Source: a virus
Direction: 5' to 3' (one strand)
DNA: 39,492 bases
IMG/VR virus record: IMGVR_UViG_3300045988_127307
Span: 1 to 39,492 of that record
Positions 1 through 9,641 of this stretch are shown in pieces. The notes below the pieces were generated by a model, which saw nothing but the letters and a program-made list of their open reading frames with translations, did no database searches and was not told the DNA's origin. Each line of letters begins with the position of its first letter. Within the stretch, counting starts at the first letter, position 1. The translations under genes were made by a program, and so were the position numbers.

Positions 1-114
1 AAGCTAAGTAAAAGAGATATAGAAAGTCTTATTAGATTAACGAATGATAATAGATATAGAAATAAATTATTAGAATTAGAAAGGAGTGGTATTAATGGCG
101 AAATTGACAGCTAA
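1..114 (+). CDS. C-terminal part of a 93-aa hypothetical protein whose ORF starts at 39226 and crosses the circular junction
   Basis: Frame 1 is open from base 1 to TAA at 112-114. It continues the ORF that starts at ATG 39226. Bases 1-99 equal 39394-39492. Confidence 0.5.
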   Translation, partial: KLSKRDIESLIRLTNDNRYRNKLLELERSGINGEIDS

Positions 115-598
115 GCAAAAGAAGTTTGTAGAAGAATACTTAATAGACCTTAATGCCACTCAAGCGGCTATTAGGGCTGGATATAGCACGGAATCAGCAA
201 AAGAAATTGGTTGTGAAAACTTAACGAAACCTAACGTAAAAGCTGAAATAGACAAAGCTATAGCGGAAAGAAGTCGAAGGACAGGTATTAATCAAGATAG
301 AGTTTTAAGGGAGTTAGCAAAGATAGCATTTGTTAATCCAGGAGATGTAATAAATTTAAATCAAGCTACTGTAAAATCAGATGCAAAAGAAGAAGATTTA
401 GCAGCTATAGCAAGTGTAAAAATAAAAAACATACCAACAGAAGATGGAGAAATAACAGAAAGGGAAATAAAACTATGCGACAAGCTAAAAGCATTGGATT
501 TACTCGGTAAACATCTAGGAATATATGACAAGAAAGATGCTGAGGATAAAAACCTAACAATAACAATCAATAAGGCAAGTGAAAAAAATGGAAATTAA
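95..598 (+). CDS. terS: terminase small subunit
   Basis: Track ORF 86-598. ATG 95 lies 8 nt after SD AAGGAG (81-86). The N-terminal HTH-like segment ([25 protein letters not shown]) is typical of the Terminase_2/P27 small-subunit family. It sits directly upstream of terL. Confidence 0.8.
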   Translation: MAKLTAKQKKFVEEYLIDLNATQAAIRAGYSTESAKEIGCENLTKPNVKAEIDKAIAERSRRTGINQDRVLRELAKIAFVNPGDVINLNQATVKSDAKEEDLAAIASVKIKNIPTEDGEITEREIKLCDKLKALDLLGKHLGIYDKKDAEDKNLTITINKASEKNGN

Positions 599-1565
599 CA
601 TAACTTGCAATGATCACTTTGAAGATTTTGTTTTAGATTGGAACTATAAATTTTATTTTCTTGTTGGTGGTTATGGCAGCTCTAAAAGTTATCATGTGGT
701 CCAAAAGCTGCATCTAAAATTATTACAAGAAAAGAGATTAGCATTAGTTGTAAGGGAAGTATATGACACTATACGAGATAGCTGCTTTTCACTTTTACAA
801 GATGTAGCAGTAGATATGGGGATATATGATATGCTTAAATTTAAGACATCGCCAATGCAAGTAACATATCCTAATGGGAGCAAGATAATTTTTAAAGGTA
901 TGGATAAACCAGCTAAATTAAAATCTATCAATGGTGTATCTATTATATGGGTTGAAGAATGTTCCGAGGTTAAATATGAGGGCTTTAAAGAACTTTTAGG
1001 GCGTTTAAGACATCCTACACTCAGTAATCACATTATACTTAGCGAAAACCCTATAGAAAAGGCCAACTGGACTTATAAGCATTTTTTTATTGATGAAGAA
1101 AATAATAAGAAAATACTTGATGATGAAAAACTTTATATTGAAAGAATTATCAAGACAAATAATACATACTATCATCATTCCATTTGTGATGACAATTATT
1201 TTCTACCTCAGGACTATATAAAAGAGCTTGATAACATGAAAGAATACGACCCAGATTTATATAGAGTAGCTAGACAAGGTAGATTTGGTATAAATGGTAC
1301 CAAAGTATTACCGCAATTTGAAATGATGGACCACGATTTAGTTATGGCCAAAGTAGGTTCTATCCCTTCTAGATTTTATAGAGTTGGCATGGACTTTGGA
1401 TTTGAAACTTCATACAATGCATTAGTTAGAATTGCTATAGATGATGTGAATAAAGATTTGTATATTTACTGGGAATATTATAAAAATCATATGACAGATG
1501 ATAAGACTGCTAAAGAAATAGATGAATTTAGAGTAAATAAAGAGTTAATAAGAGCAGATAGTGCT
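579..1565 (+). CDS. terL: terminase large subunit, exon 1 (ATPase domain and part of the nuclease domain)
   Basis: Walker A-like GGYGSSKS and Walker B-like IIWVEE motifs. The ORF stops right after the conserved ...IRADSA, at TAA 1566-1568. The rest of the domain resumes at 2462. Confidence 0.85.
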
Positions 1566-2461
1566 TAATGGTTAGGCACTTAACCTGGTTAATTGCTGGA
1601 AACCCCTAAAGCTTTAGATACCAAAGAGTAAAAATTCTAAAGATGCTACAATGGGCAATCAGCAGCAATATTATAATTATTTAATGTTTTATGCAACGAA
1701 ACTATCCGAAATGTGTTATAATTATATTAAGGAGAGTGGTTGATATGAAACAAATAAATAAAATTAAAGGATATGAAAATATAAGAGATGTATATTACAT
1801 AACAGAAAATGGAAAAGTATTTAGCTATGCAAGTAACAATTTAAAAAGAAAAGATACTTGTAAAGAAATAAAACAATACAAGAAAACTGGAGGGTATTTA
1901 AATGTAGCACTAGTAACAAATGAGCAAAAAGTAAAATATGTAAGAGTTCATAGACTAGTAGCTTTAGCTTTTATACCTAATCCAGATAATAAAGAATATG
2001 TAAATCACATAGATGAAAATAGACAAAATAATAATGTATCAAATTTAGAATGGGTAACACCTAAAGAGAATAATTTACACTCATTAACTAAAAAAACTTA
2101 TGTATATGATTTAGAAGGTAATTTAGTTAAAATTTATAATTATACACACGAATGTAAAGTTGATGGGTTTAATCAAGGGCATGTATGTGCATGTGCTAGA
2201 GGTGAAGAAAGAACTCATAAAAAACATATATTTTCATATACACCTTTAACAAAAGATGATGTTGTTCAACGACTAGCGAAATCATTTTATCTTAAATAGA
2301 TAGAATAAGAAAGTAGGGTACACTCAAGTGAGTGGAAAAGCCAGGCAATAATTAAGACCGAGAGGTCTTTTTTATTGAAGATATAGTCTAGACTTATGTG
2401 AGAGCATAAGAAGTTCATAAGAGAACTGCATAAGATTAACGACCTTATGTGAATGAAATAG
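1566..2461 (+). mobile_element. group I intron (896 nt) carrying an HNH homing endonuclease ORF
   Basis: The 5' exon ends in U1565 and the intron ends in G2461. P1: AGTGCT (1560-1565) pairs with GGCACT (1575-1580), including a U1565-G1575 wobble. P10: GGTT (1570-1573) pairs with AACC (2463-2466). Hairpins lie in the 3' part (AGACC-gaga-GGTCT, CTTATG-tgagag-CATAAG). Joining 1565 to 2462 restores ...[17 protein letters not shown]... Confidence 0.75.
1745..2299 (+). CDS. intron-encoded HNH homing endonuclease (NUMOD4-like N-terminus plus HNH_3)
   Basis: ATG 1745 follows SD AGGAGAG. Motifs: IKGYENIRDVYYITENGKVFSY and NHIDENRQNNNVSNLEWVTPKEN. An extended -10 TGTTATAAT lies at 1714-1722. Confidence 0.8.
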   Translation: MKQINKIKGYENIRDVYYITENGKVFSYASNNLKRKDTCKEIKQYKKTGGYLNVALVTNEQKVKYVRVHRLVALAFIPNPDNKEYVNHIDENRQNNNVSNLEWVTPKENNLHSLTKKTYVYDLEGNLVKIYNYTHECKVDGFNQGHVCACARGEERTHKKHIFSYTPLTKDDVVQRLAKSFYLK

Positions 2462-2758
2462 GAACCCAAGACAATTAGATTTTATCAGCAAGAAGGTTTT
2501 AAAATGATAGGGGCTAAAAAATATCAAGGCTCTAGGCTTCAAAATACTAAAAAAGTAAAAAGATTTAAGCATATATATTGCTCAACTAAATGTGTTAATG
2601 TAAAAAAAGAATTGAAGGATCTAACATATAAGCAAAATGAAAAAGGTGAGAATATATATGATGAATTTAATATAGACCCTCATACTTTGAGTGCTATTTG
2701 GTATGCATTAGATGGTTATGAGGTTGCAGATTATAAAAGACATTATCACAGTAGATAG
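2462..2758 (+). CDS. terL: terminase large subunit, exon 2 (C-terminal nuclease motifs)
   Basis: The frame is open from 2462 (stop TAG at 2459-2461). It encodes [24 protein letters not shown]...[13 protein letters not shown], matching the family pattern ADSAEPKSI...KKG.GS...H..DA.RYAL. Confidence 0.8.
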   Translation, partial: EPKTIRFYQQEGFKMIGAKKYQGSRLQNTKKVKRFKHIYCSTKCVNVKKELKDLTYKQNEKGENIYDEFNIDPHTLSAIWYALDGYEVADYKRHYHSR

Positions 2759-2773
2759 AAAGGAGGTTACAAG

Positions 2774-4198
2774 ATGTTTAATAGTTATCAAGAGTTTGTT
2801 ACTGCTGAACTTACTGGATTGTATGGCTCGGCAGTATTACAAGAAATGAACGATATACTAAGACTGTATGACATATACGAAGGTCGAGAAAACTTTATAG
2901 ACAAGTCAGAAGAAAAAGATTATACACAGACAGAAAAAAGAACAAATCTGATTAAGAAACTTATAAAAGAAGAATCTAGATTTTTATTCGGCAAGACTCC
3001 AGAGCTATATGTTCAATCTAAAAACGATACAGATACTGACAAGGATAAAGCTGAACAAATAAATCTTTATTTAGATAAGATATTAAAAGATAATCTATTC
3101 TCAGAGAAGCTTGTAAAAGGTGCTAGAGACTGCTTTATCGGTAAAAGAGCTGCTATTAAATTATATGCTAACCAAGATACAAAAGAGATTAGGATAATGT
3201 TTTTACCTAGCTTGGAATTTATCTACGAGAGTGACGAAGAAAATCCTAACGAACTTAAAAAGATAATATTCTTCTATCAGACAAATAAGGAAGTTGAAAA
3301 AGATAAGCAACGTATTTGGAAGCAAAAGTATGAAATGATAGATGGAAGATGTATATTAAATGAAGGCATCTACAATGGTAATGGGATATTAATAGAGCCT
3401 ATAAATGTAGATGTAGACTTGCAATTAAGTGGTATTCCTTGCTATGTCATTATTAATGACGGATTAAGCGGCGACCCATTTGGCGAAAGTGACGTAAAAG
3501 AGCTTCTAGATAATCAGATTCAATACAATAGACTATCAAGTGAAGATGTTGACACTCTTAGAAAAGGTATGGATAGGATTATTTATGGTATCGACATAGA
3601 CCCAGAAGCATCTGAAAAATTTAAACTAAAGCCTGGAGCATTTTGGGACGTACCAACAGACCCTACAGCAGAAGGGAAACAAGCTACACTAGATACAATA
3701 CCGACAGATTTTAATTATGGAGACAAGATAGAAAATTCTCTAAAACGTATTAAGTCAGATATGTACGAGATGCTAAATATACCAATGCTATCAAATGACG
3801 AGCTAAAAGGCATGATGACATCAGGCAAAACTATGAAAGCACTGTATTGGCAACTTATTACTAGATGTGAAGAGAAGATGATGGCATGGCGACCAGCTTT
3901 AGAGTGGTTAATAAGAGCAATACTTGAAATTACAGAAGTATATCAAATAGAAAAATTACCGCAACTTGATTATACTGTTACAGTAGAAAATAACTATCCT
4001 TTACAGGAAGATGAAGACGAAGAAAAGACATTAGACTTGCAACAAGTAAATGCACAGGCTATGTCTAGAAAAACATTCATCAAGAAATGGCAAGGTGTTA
4101 CAGATGATGTGGCCGATGCTGAAATAAAACAAATAGCATTAGAAAGAGAAATGCTAGAGGAGAGTTATGTATCTGGAATGAGTGATTCAGTTGAATAA
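2774..4198 (+). CDS. portal protein (SPP1 gp6-like)
   Basis: 474 aa, immediately after terL, with an acidic C-terminus. SD AAGGAGG lies upstream. Confidence 0.8.
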   Translation: MFNSYQEFVTAELTGLYGSAVLQEMNDILRLYDIYEGRENFIDKSEEKDYTQTEKRTNLIKKLIKEESRFLFGKTPELYVQSKNDTDTDKDKAEQINLYLDKILKDNLFSEKLVKGARDCFIGKRAAIKLYANQDTKEIRIMFLPSLEFIYESDEENPNELKKIIFFYQTNKEVEKDKQRIWKQKYEMIDGRCILNEGIYNGNGILIEPINVDVDLQLSGIPCYVIINDGLSGDPFGESDVKELLDNQIQYNRLSSEDVDTLRKGMDRIIYGIDIDPEASEKFKLKPGAFWDVPTDPTAEGKQATLDTIPTDFNYGDKIENSLKRIKSDMYEMLNIPMLSNDELKGMMTSGKTMKALYWQLITRCEEKMMAWRPALEWLIRAILEITEVYQIEKLPQLDYTVTVENNYPLQEDEDEEKTLDLQQVNAQAMSRKTFIKKWQGVTDDVADAEIKQIALEREMLEESYVSGMSDSVE

Positions 4199-5087
4199 TT
4201 TTTTTAAACAAAAGAATAAAACTGAAAAAGAGATGACTAGAGAAATAAAAAAAGCATATAAGAGAGTAGCAAATAATCTAATTAAAAGATTGGCTCTAGT
4301 TAATCCAGATACTATGACATATGACTATTTAAGACAAACTGCTAAGTATCTAGAAAAAGAATATAAGAAACTAAATAAAAGACTTAATAAAGATATAGAA
4401 AAGGCTATAGCAAACACCGTAGAAGGCTATACACAAAGCCAAGTAGAGTTTTACAGTGATTTATGTAAACCTCTTTCTAGTAGCTTTGAAGATATGTTTA
4501 TTAAAGTGAATAAGCAAGTTTTAGACAATGTTATTACAGGCAAAATGTATGGAGATAACATAAAACTTTCTGACAGACTTTGGAGCAATCACAACAAGAC
4601 TGTAAAAACAATAAACGATATACTTACAGATGGTTTTATTACTGGTAAAAACAGTAAAGATATAGCTAAAGACTTAGAGGTTTATTGTAATCCAGATTAT
4701 TTAAAGGAATACGAAAAGTTTACTATTCATCCTAAAAGTAAAAACAAGGTTGAATTTAATTCATATAGATTAGCAAATACCTATATAAATCATGCATACC
4801 AAGAAGCAACAAGGCAAAGTGCTAAGCATAATCCATATGTAGAAAAAGTTGAATGGCTAAGCGGAACAGACGATAATGTATGCGATTTATGTAAAGAACG
4901 AAACGGAAAGAGGTTTAAGGTCGAGGATATTCCACTCGACCATCCGTGACCATTAGGACGATGCACCTTATTACCAGTCATAGAGGAAAATTTAGAAGAT
5001 ATAGCAAAAGAATTAAAAGATTGGGCTTATGGATCTTCAAATCCTAAATTAGATAAATGGTTTGAAATGTGGAATGTTAAAAAATAA
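4182..5087 (+). CDS. Mu F / SPP1 gp7-like minor head (head morphogenesis) protein, interrupted by an in-frame TGA at 4947-4949
   Basis: The track ORF ends ...CDLCKERNGKRFKVEDIPLDHP at TGA. The same frame continues PLGRCTLLPV... for 45 codons to TAA 5085-5087. Together the two parts cover the family motif C..C...PP.HP.CRCT..P. Confidence 0.7.
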
Positions 5088-5131
5088 ATGTTAGAATTTC
5101 AATAATAAATAATACATCTAGTTGGAAGTTG

Positions 5132-5140
5132 TGTTATAAT
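5132..5140 (+). promoter_or_regulatory. extended -10 promoter element TGTTATAAT upstream of the free-standing HNH gene
   Basis: Matches TGnTATAAT. The same 11-mer TGTGTTATAAT occurs at 1712-1722, ahead of the intron HNH gene. Confidence 0.4.
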
Positions 5141-5172
5141 ATAAGTATAAATAACGGAGGTGTATATTTATT

Positions 5173-5850
5173 ATGAAAAAATCTAAAAAAATAATCGAAG
5201 TAGAAAATAACTATAATATGGATTTTAGAGATTTTTTAATACTTAGATATCATAAAGAGAAAAAAAGTATTAAATGCATAAGTGAAGAAATAGGATTTGA
5301 CAAAGGAAATCTATCAAGAATATTTAAAAAATTAGAAATACCTACGAGAAGTCATAGTGAAGCGTATAATAATTGGTGGAATACAATAAGCGAGGATGAA
5401 AAAGAAAAATATTTAAGTGATTTATCAGAAAGAAGTAAATACGGTATCTGCTCTGATAAATCTAGAGAAAAGCAAAGAAAGACAATGCAGACACGAGAAT
5501 ATAAAATGAAAATATCAAAAGCTAATAGTGGTAAAAATAATGGTATGTATAAAGAAAAATTGACAGAAGAACATAGAGTAGAAACAAGAGGTATTTTCGG
5601 TTATAAAAAGTGGAGCAAAGAAGTAAGAGAAAGAGATAATTATACATGTCAAATTTGTGGCGAAAATAATAGAAGAATGGTAGCTCATCACTTAGAAAGT
5701 TATGACACGAATGAAGAATTAAGACTTGATTTAAATAACGGAATTACACTTTGTCAATCTTGTCATAATGAATTTCATAATAGATATAAAAATCAAAAAA
5801 CAAATACAAAACAATTTATAAAATTTAAAGAAGAAAAACAAAGAAGCTAA
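5173..5850 (+). CDS. free-standing HNH endonuclease
   Basis: C-terminal HNH/zinc motif: YTCQICGENNRRMVAHHLESY...NGITLCQSCHNEFHN. N-terminal HTH-like segment. SD GGAGGTG lies upstream. Confidence 0.8.
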   Translation: MKKSKKIIEVENNYNMDFRDFLILRYHKEKKSIKCISEEIGFDKGNLSRIFKKLEIPTRSHSEAYNNWWNTISEDEKEKYLSDLSERSKYGICSDKSREKQRKTMQTREYKMKISKANSGKNNGMYKEKLTEEHRVETRGIFGYKKWSKEVRERDNYTCQICGENNRRMVAHHLESYDTNEELRLDLNNGITLCQSCHNEFHNRYKNQKTNTKQFIKFKEEKQRS

Positions 5851-5900
5851 TTAGCTTCTTTGTTATGTATCTTGAAATATATAAATTAACAAGACAATAA

Positions 5901-5937
5901 AAGCTCGAAAGAGCTTATTTTTATGTCTTTTTTTAGT
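5901..5937 (+). terminator. intrinsic terminator after the HNH gene
   Basis: AAGCTC-gaaa-GAGCTT hairpin (5901-5916) followed by a T-rich tract. A second palindrome, AAGAAGCTAATTAGCTTCTT (5841-5860), overlaps the stop codon. Confidence 0.55.
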
Positions 5938-6013
5938 TTGTAGACGTAAAAGAATAAACTAAAAACTATATTCAAGAAACGGACTTGTAAAAAGTGTAAA
6001 TATAGGAGGAAAT

Positions 6014-6637
6014 ATGGAATTTAAAGAATTATTAAAAGCACAAAGCTTAACAGATGAACAAATAAATAACATTACTGCAAAGATGAAAGAAGAAAAAATA
6101 TATACTACATCTTTAGAAAATGCAGACGAAAGATATACAAAGTTAAAAGGCCAAAAGGCTGATTTAGATGAACAAATAAAAGCTGCAAATACAACTATAA
6201 CAGAGTTGAAGAAAAATAATAAAGACAATGAAGCATTGCAACAAACAATACAAGATCATGAAGCTACAATAGAAAATCTGAAAAAAGAATCAGCACAAAA
6301 GGATTTTAATTATGCATTAGACAGTGCATTAAAAGACAATAAATGTAAGAATGCTAAGGCTTTAAAAGCTTTACTAGATTTAGATAATATAAAATTTAAT
6401 GAAGGTAAATTAGAAGGCTTAGAAGGACAATTAAATGCATTGAAGGAAAGCGATGGATATTTATTTGATACATCAAATCCAGCACCAGGAAATACTGGAG
6501 GAACAGGCAATCATCCACGAGTTGGTGGAGGTGCTGGAGAAGTAACAAAGGCAGATTTAATGAAAATGCCTTACAGTAAACGAGTTGAATTTTACAACAA
6601 CAATAAAGAAGAATTCAACAGATTAATGAATGAATAG
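6014..6637 (+). CDS. capsid scaffolding protein (GP20-like)
   Basis: 207 aa, coiled-coil rich, with a Gly-rich segment. It lies directly upstream of the major capsid gene. Confidence 0.7.
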   Translation: MEFKELLKAQSLTDEQINNITAKMKEEKIYTTSLENADERYTKLKGQKADLDEQIKAANTTITELKKNNKDNEALQQTIQDHEATIENLKKESAQKDFNYALDSALKDNKCKNAKALKALLDLDNIKFNEGKLEGLEGQLNALKESDGYLFDTSNPAPGNTGGTGNHPRVGGGAGEVTKADLMKMPYSKRVEFYNNNKEEFNRLMNE

Positions 6638-6651
6638 GAGATGATGGATAT

Positions 6652-7641
6652 ATGGCAACAACAAAATTAGCAGATATTATAAACCCAGAGGTTATGGGGC
6701 CAGTGATAGGTGCAAAAGTAGAAGCACTTTGTAAAATAACACCATATGCAAAAGTTGATACAACATTACAAGGTGTTCCAGGGGATACAAAAACAACACC
6801 AAGCTGGGAATACATAGGAGATGCAGAAGATGTAGCTGAAGGTGAAGAAGTCGGAACAGTAGGATTAAAAGCTGGGTCAACTACTTTTACAATAAAAAAA
6901 GCTATGAAAGCTGTATCTATAACTCAAGAATCTATTAATAGTGGATTAGGTAATCCAGTAGCACAAGCTGAAACACAATTAGCGAAATCTATAGCACAAA
7001 AAGTTGACAATGATGTATTAGATGCTGCTTATACTGGAACTAATAGAGTAGCTGGGGGTACATTAGCAGTAATATCTTACAGTGGTATAGTTGATGCAGT
7101 AACACAATTCGAAGATGAAGAAGATGGAATAGAAAAGGTTATGTTTATACATCCAAAACAAGAAGCGACTCTATTAAAAGATTCTAACTTTTTATCAGCT
7201 GATAAATTCACTGCTGGAGTAGCAGTAAACGGAGCTATAGGTAAAATAGCTGGTTGCTGGGTTAAAAAATCTAAAAAAGTTATGTTAGTTCAAGCAGAAA
7301 AAAATGATAGCGGTACAGTTGAAATATCATCAAGTAACTTAGCGGAATATAAAAAGAAAACTTTAGATGGTTCTACTTTAAAAGTAGGTGATAAAGTTAA
7401 TGCAGTGGCAGCAGCTAACCAATACTATTTAAATCCAATATTAAAAATGGAGCCAGATAGTCCTGAAACAGAATATACAGAAGATGAATTACCAGCAATA
7501 ACAATCTTCCTTAAAAAAGATACTTCTTTAGATCATGAATGGTTCCCTAAAAAACAAATACATGATTTAACAACTGCTAAATACTATGGAGTAGCTAAAA
7601 CTAACGATGCTAAAATAGTACTTGCTAAATTTAAAAAATAA
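6652..7641 (+). CDS. major capsid protein
   Basis: 329 aa, positioned after the scaffold gene. The N-terminus MATTKLADIINPEV... is typical of a capsid family common in Firmicute siphophages. Confidence 0.8.
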   Translation: MATTKLADIINPEVMGPVIGAKVEALCKITPYAKVDTTLQGVPGDTKTTPSWEYIGDAEDVAEGEEVGTVGLKAGSTTFTIKKAMKAVSITQESINSGLGNPVAQAETQLAKSIAQKVDNDVLDAAYTGTNRVAGGTLAVISYSGIVDAVTQFEDEEDGIEKVMFIHPKQEATLLKDSNFLSADKFTAGVAVNGAIGKIAGCWVKKSKKVMLVQAEKNDSGTVEISSSNLAEYKKKTLDGSTLKVGDKVNAVAAANQYYLNPILKMEPDSPETEYTEDELPAITIFLKKDTSLDHEWFPKKQIHDLTTAKYYGVAKTNDAKIVLAKFKK

Positions 7642-7656
7642 TAGGTCGTGATTTAA

Positions 7657-7905
7657 ATGTCTGATATAGAAAAATTAAAACTAATTCTAAGGGAGAGTGA
7701 TTCTCCCTTTTTTACTGATGAACAACTCCAATTTTATTTAGAACAAAATGACAATGATATAAATAAAACTGCTTATGAATGCCTTCTAGCTAAAGCAGAA
7801 GATGATAGTATTACCTTACCAGGTGGATTATCATTACCTAATAATAAAGATTACTGGGTAAGACTTGCTAAAAAATACAGACCGAATGGAAGTAAAATTT
7901 TATGA
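7657..7905 (+). CDS. putative head-tail connector (gp6-like) protein
   Basis: 82 aa, called from its position after the capsid gene and its N-terminal KLKLILRESD...DEQL pattern. Confidence 0.4.
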   Translation: MSDIEKLKLILRESDSPFFTDEQLQFYLEQNDNDINKTAYECLLAKAEDDSITLPGGLSLPNNKDYWVRLAKKYRPNGSKIL

Positions 7906-8282
7906 TAAATAAAGAAAAAATTAAAGCAAAAGTTAAAAAAGCAATAAGAAAACTTCCTTCTTATGCAGTGGTTAAGCGAGCTTATACCAATGACTTTGGA
8001 GAAAAGTCAGACTTATTAGAATTAGTATGCGAGCTAGAAGGCTTATATCATGAATCAAATAATCAGTATAGCCAAAACATAACCTTGCAAAATAAAGCAG
8101 AGGTGATAAAAGGGGAAAATATATATTTTTTAATTGCTTATGATGAGACTGCTAAGCTCATACAAAAAGATGACTATATATATATAAATGGCTATAAATA
8201 TCAAATTAAGGACCTTGGAAACGTAAATAAAATGGATATTTATATGGATATGAGATTACAAGAGGTGAGTTACAATGAGTAA
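7902..8282 (+). CDS. putative head closure / head-tail adaptor protein
   Basis: 126 aa with an ATGA start-stop overlap with the upstream gene. Called from position and a C-terminal pattern typical of adaptor proteins. Confidence 0.45.
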   Translation: MINKEKIKAKVKKAIRKLPSYAVVKRAYTNDFGEKSDLLELVCELEGLYHESNNQYSQNITLQNKAEVIKGENIYFLIAYDETAKLIQKDDYIYINGYKYQIKDLGNVNKMDIYMDMRLQEVSYNE

Positions 8283-8703
8283 TTTCAACATGAATATAGA
8301 CGAGTTAACAGATATGCTAGAACAAAAGAGAAATAGGACAAAAGCAGCACTAGAAATATATGCTAATAGCTCAGCTCTAAAACTCCAAAATAATGCAAGA
8401 AGAAATAAACCTTGGACAAATAGAACTTATGATGCTAGGAATAAACTTAACGCATCATGGGAATGGAAAAATGAGAATGTATTAAGTATTGCATTATCCC
8501 ACGGTGTTAAATATGGGGTGTATCTAGAAAAGGGAACATCACCACATGTTATAACTGGAAATCCTTGGTTGTATTGGCAAGGGGCTAGTCATCCAGTTAA
8601 ACGAGTAAATCATCCAGGAACAAACCCTTATCCGATTATAATGCCAACAATAAATGAAATAGGTCCACAGGTTATGGCTGGATTAAGCATACTTCTAAGG
8701 TAG
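8275..8703 (+). CDS. HK97 gp10-like tail/neck component
   Basis: 142 aa with the segment GVYLEKGTSPHVITG...HPGTNPYPIIMP, which resembles the HK97 gp10 family. Confidence 0.5.
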   Translation: MSNFNMNIDELTDMLEQKRNRTKAALEIYANSSALKLQNNARRNKPWTNRTYDARNKLNASWEWKNENVLSIALSHGVKYGVYLEKGTSPHVITGNPWLYWQGASHPVKRVNHPGTNPYPIIMPTINEIGPQVMAGLSILLR

Positions 8704-9066
8704 GTGATGCTAATGTTTCAAGATTTATATAGATTTCTTAGAACTGGTGGATTAAAAGTGTACTCACTTGGCCAACAAGATAAAATTTGCACAGAGCCAT
8801 ATGTATTGATTTATGAAGCTGGAACAGAAGATACTTCAAGTAGTAAAAACTTAAAAAAGGAAAGCATAGAACTATGGGTATTTTATCCTTTTAATGAATA
8901 CTCAAAAGTTGAAACTTATATAAAACAAGTTGAAAATACAATAAAAAAATTTGGGAAACTAAGAAAGAATTATGACAAGTATGCAATAGAAATTGATAAC
9001 GACATGAAAGCATATTATACAAAGCTTTCGTATTTTAGATATGTATATAGAGAAGGAGGTAGATAA
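8704..9066 (+). CDS. putative tail completion protein
   Basis: 120 aa. Called only from its position between the neck genes and the major tail gene. Confidence 0.35.
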   Translation: MMLMFQDLYRFLRTGGLKVYSLGQQDKICTEPYVLIYEAGTEDTSSSKNLKKESIELWVFYPFNEYSKVETYIKQVENTIKKFGKLRKNYDKYAIEIDNDMKAYYTKLSYFRYVYREGGR

Positions 9067-9068
9067 AT

Positions 9069-9641
9069 ATGACAGCTACAGTAAAAAAGATAAATCAAAT
9101 GCCACTATCAGATGTGTCATTGGTTAGAGTTGTAACTGAAACTGATATTTTTAGCTTCAAAACTTCTGATGAGATTTCAACAGAAGAAGTGGTTTCAGAA
9201 GGTGAAGAGCAAACACTAAAATTAAAAGGTGAAATATATGCAAATAGAGAAGCTAAAGATACCGTACTTGGTTATGACTTGACTTGCAAAGATAATGTAA
9301 TGTGTCCTGAACTTCTTAAAGTTATTCAGGGAGGTACTATCGAATACGATACAGATGGAAAAACTTTTAAAAAATATACAGCACCGCCAGTAGGACAAAA
9401 TGCATCAAAAACAGCATTTGATGTTGAAGTTTATTCCGCAGAAGTAGGAACAGATGGGGATACTGGAAACTTTTCAAAAGTAACATTCCCAAGTTGTAAA
9501 GGAAAATCAGTACCTCTATCTTTTAAAGATGGTGAATATTATTCAAATGAATACACTATTCAGTCAAGACCAGAGAAAGGGACTGCGCCTTATACAATAG
9601 AAAAGGTAACTGCTCTACCAAATGATGTGGTTACAGAGTAA
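9069..9641 (+). CDS. major tail protein (no sheath gene present, so a siphovirus tail)
   Basis: 190 aa, directly upstream of the chaperone pair and tape measure, and followed by a strong terminator. Confidence 0.65.
   Translation: MTATVKKINQMPLSDVSLVRVVTETDIFSFKTSDEISTEEVVSEGEEQTLKLKGEIYANREAKDTVLGYDLTCKDNVMCPELLKVIQGGTIEYDTDGKTFKKYTAPPVGQNASKTAFDVEVYSAEVGTDGDTGNFSKVTFPSCKGKSVPLSFKDGEYYSNEYTIQSRPEKGTAPYTIEKVTALPNDVVTE

Noticed and set aside
2287-2572. Two - strand ORFs (60 and 66 aa) and the ATG-initiated + ORF at 2504-2758 treated as independent genes
   Set aside because: The - strand ORFs lie within the structured 3' part of the intron. The + ORF is the tail of terL exon 2, whose frame is open from 2462 and continues the terminase domain.
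4947-4949. Genome-wide TGA reassignment (genetic code 4 or 25)
   Set aside because: More than 13,000 codons of well-supported genes, including the 1605-, 1354- and 1182-aa ORFs, contain no in-frame TGA. TGA also terminates at least three other ORFs (7905, 30735, 38772). Only this one codon is anomalous.
4950-5010. A SECIS hairpin downstream of the in-frame TGA
   Set aside because: Only 3-4 bp pairings (for example TGAC...GTCA and AGG...CCT) could be drawn by eye. Nothing resembles a bacterial SECIS stem-loop. Selenocysteine is kept only as a possibility to test.
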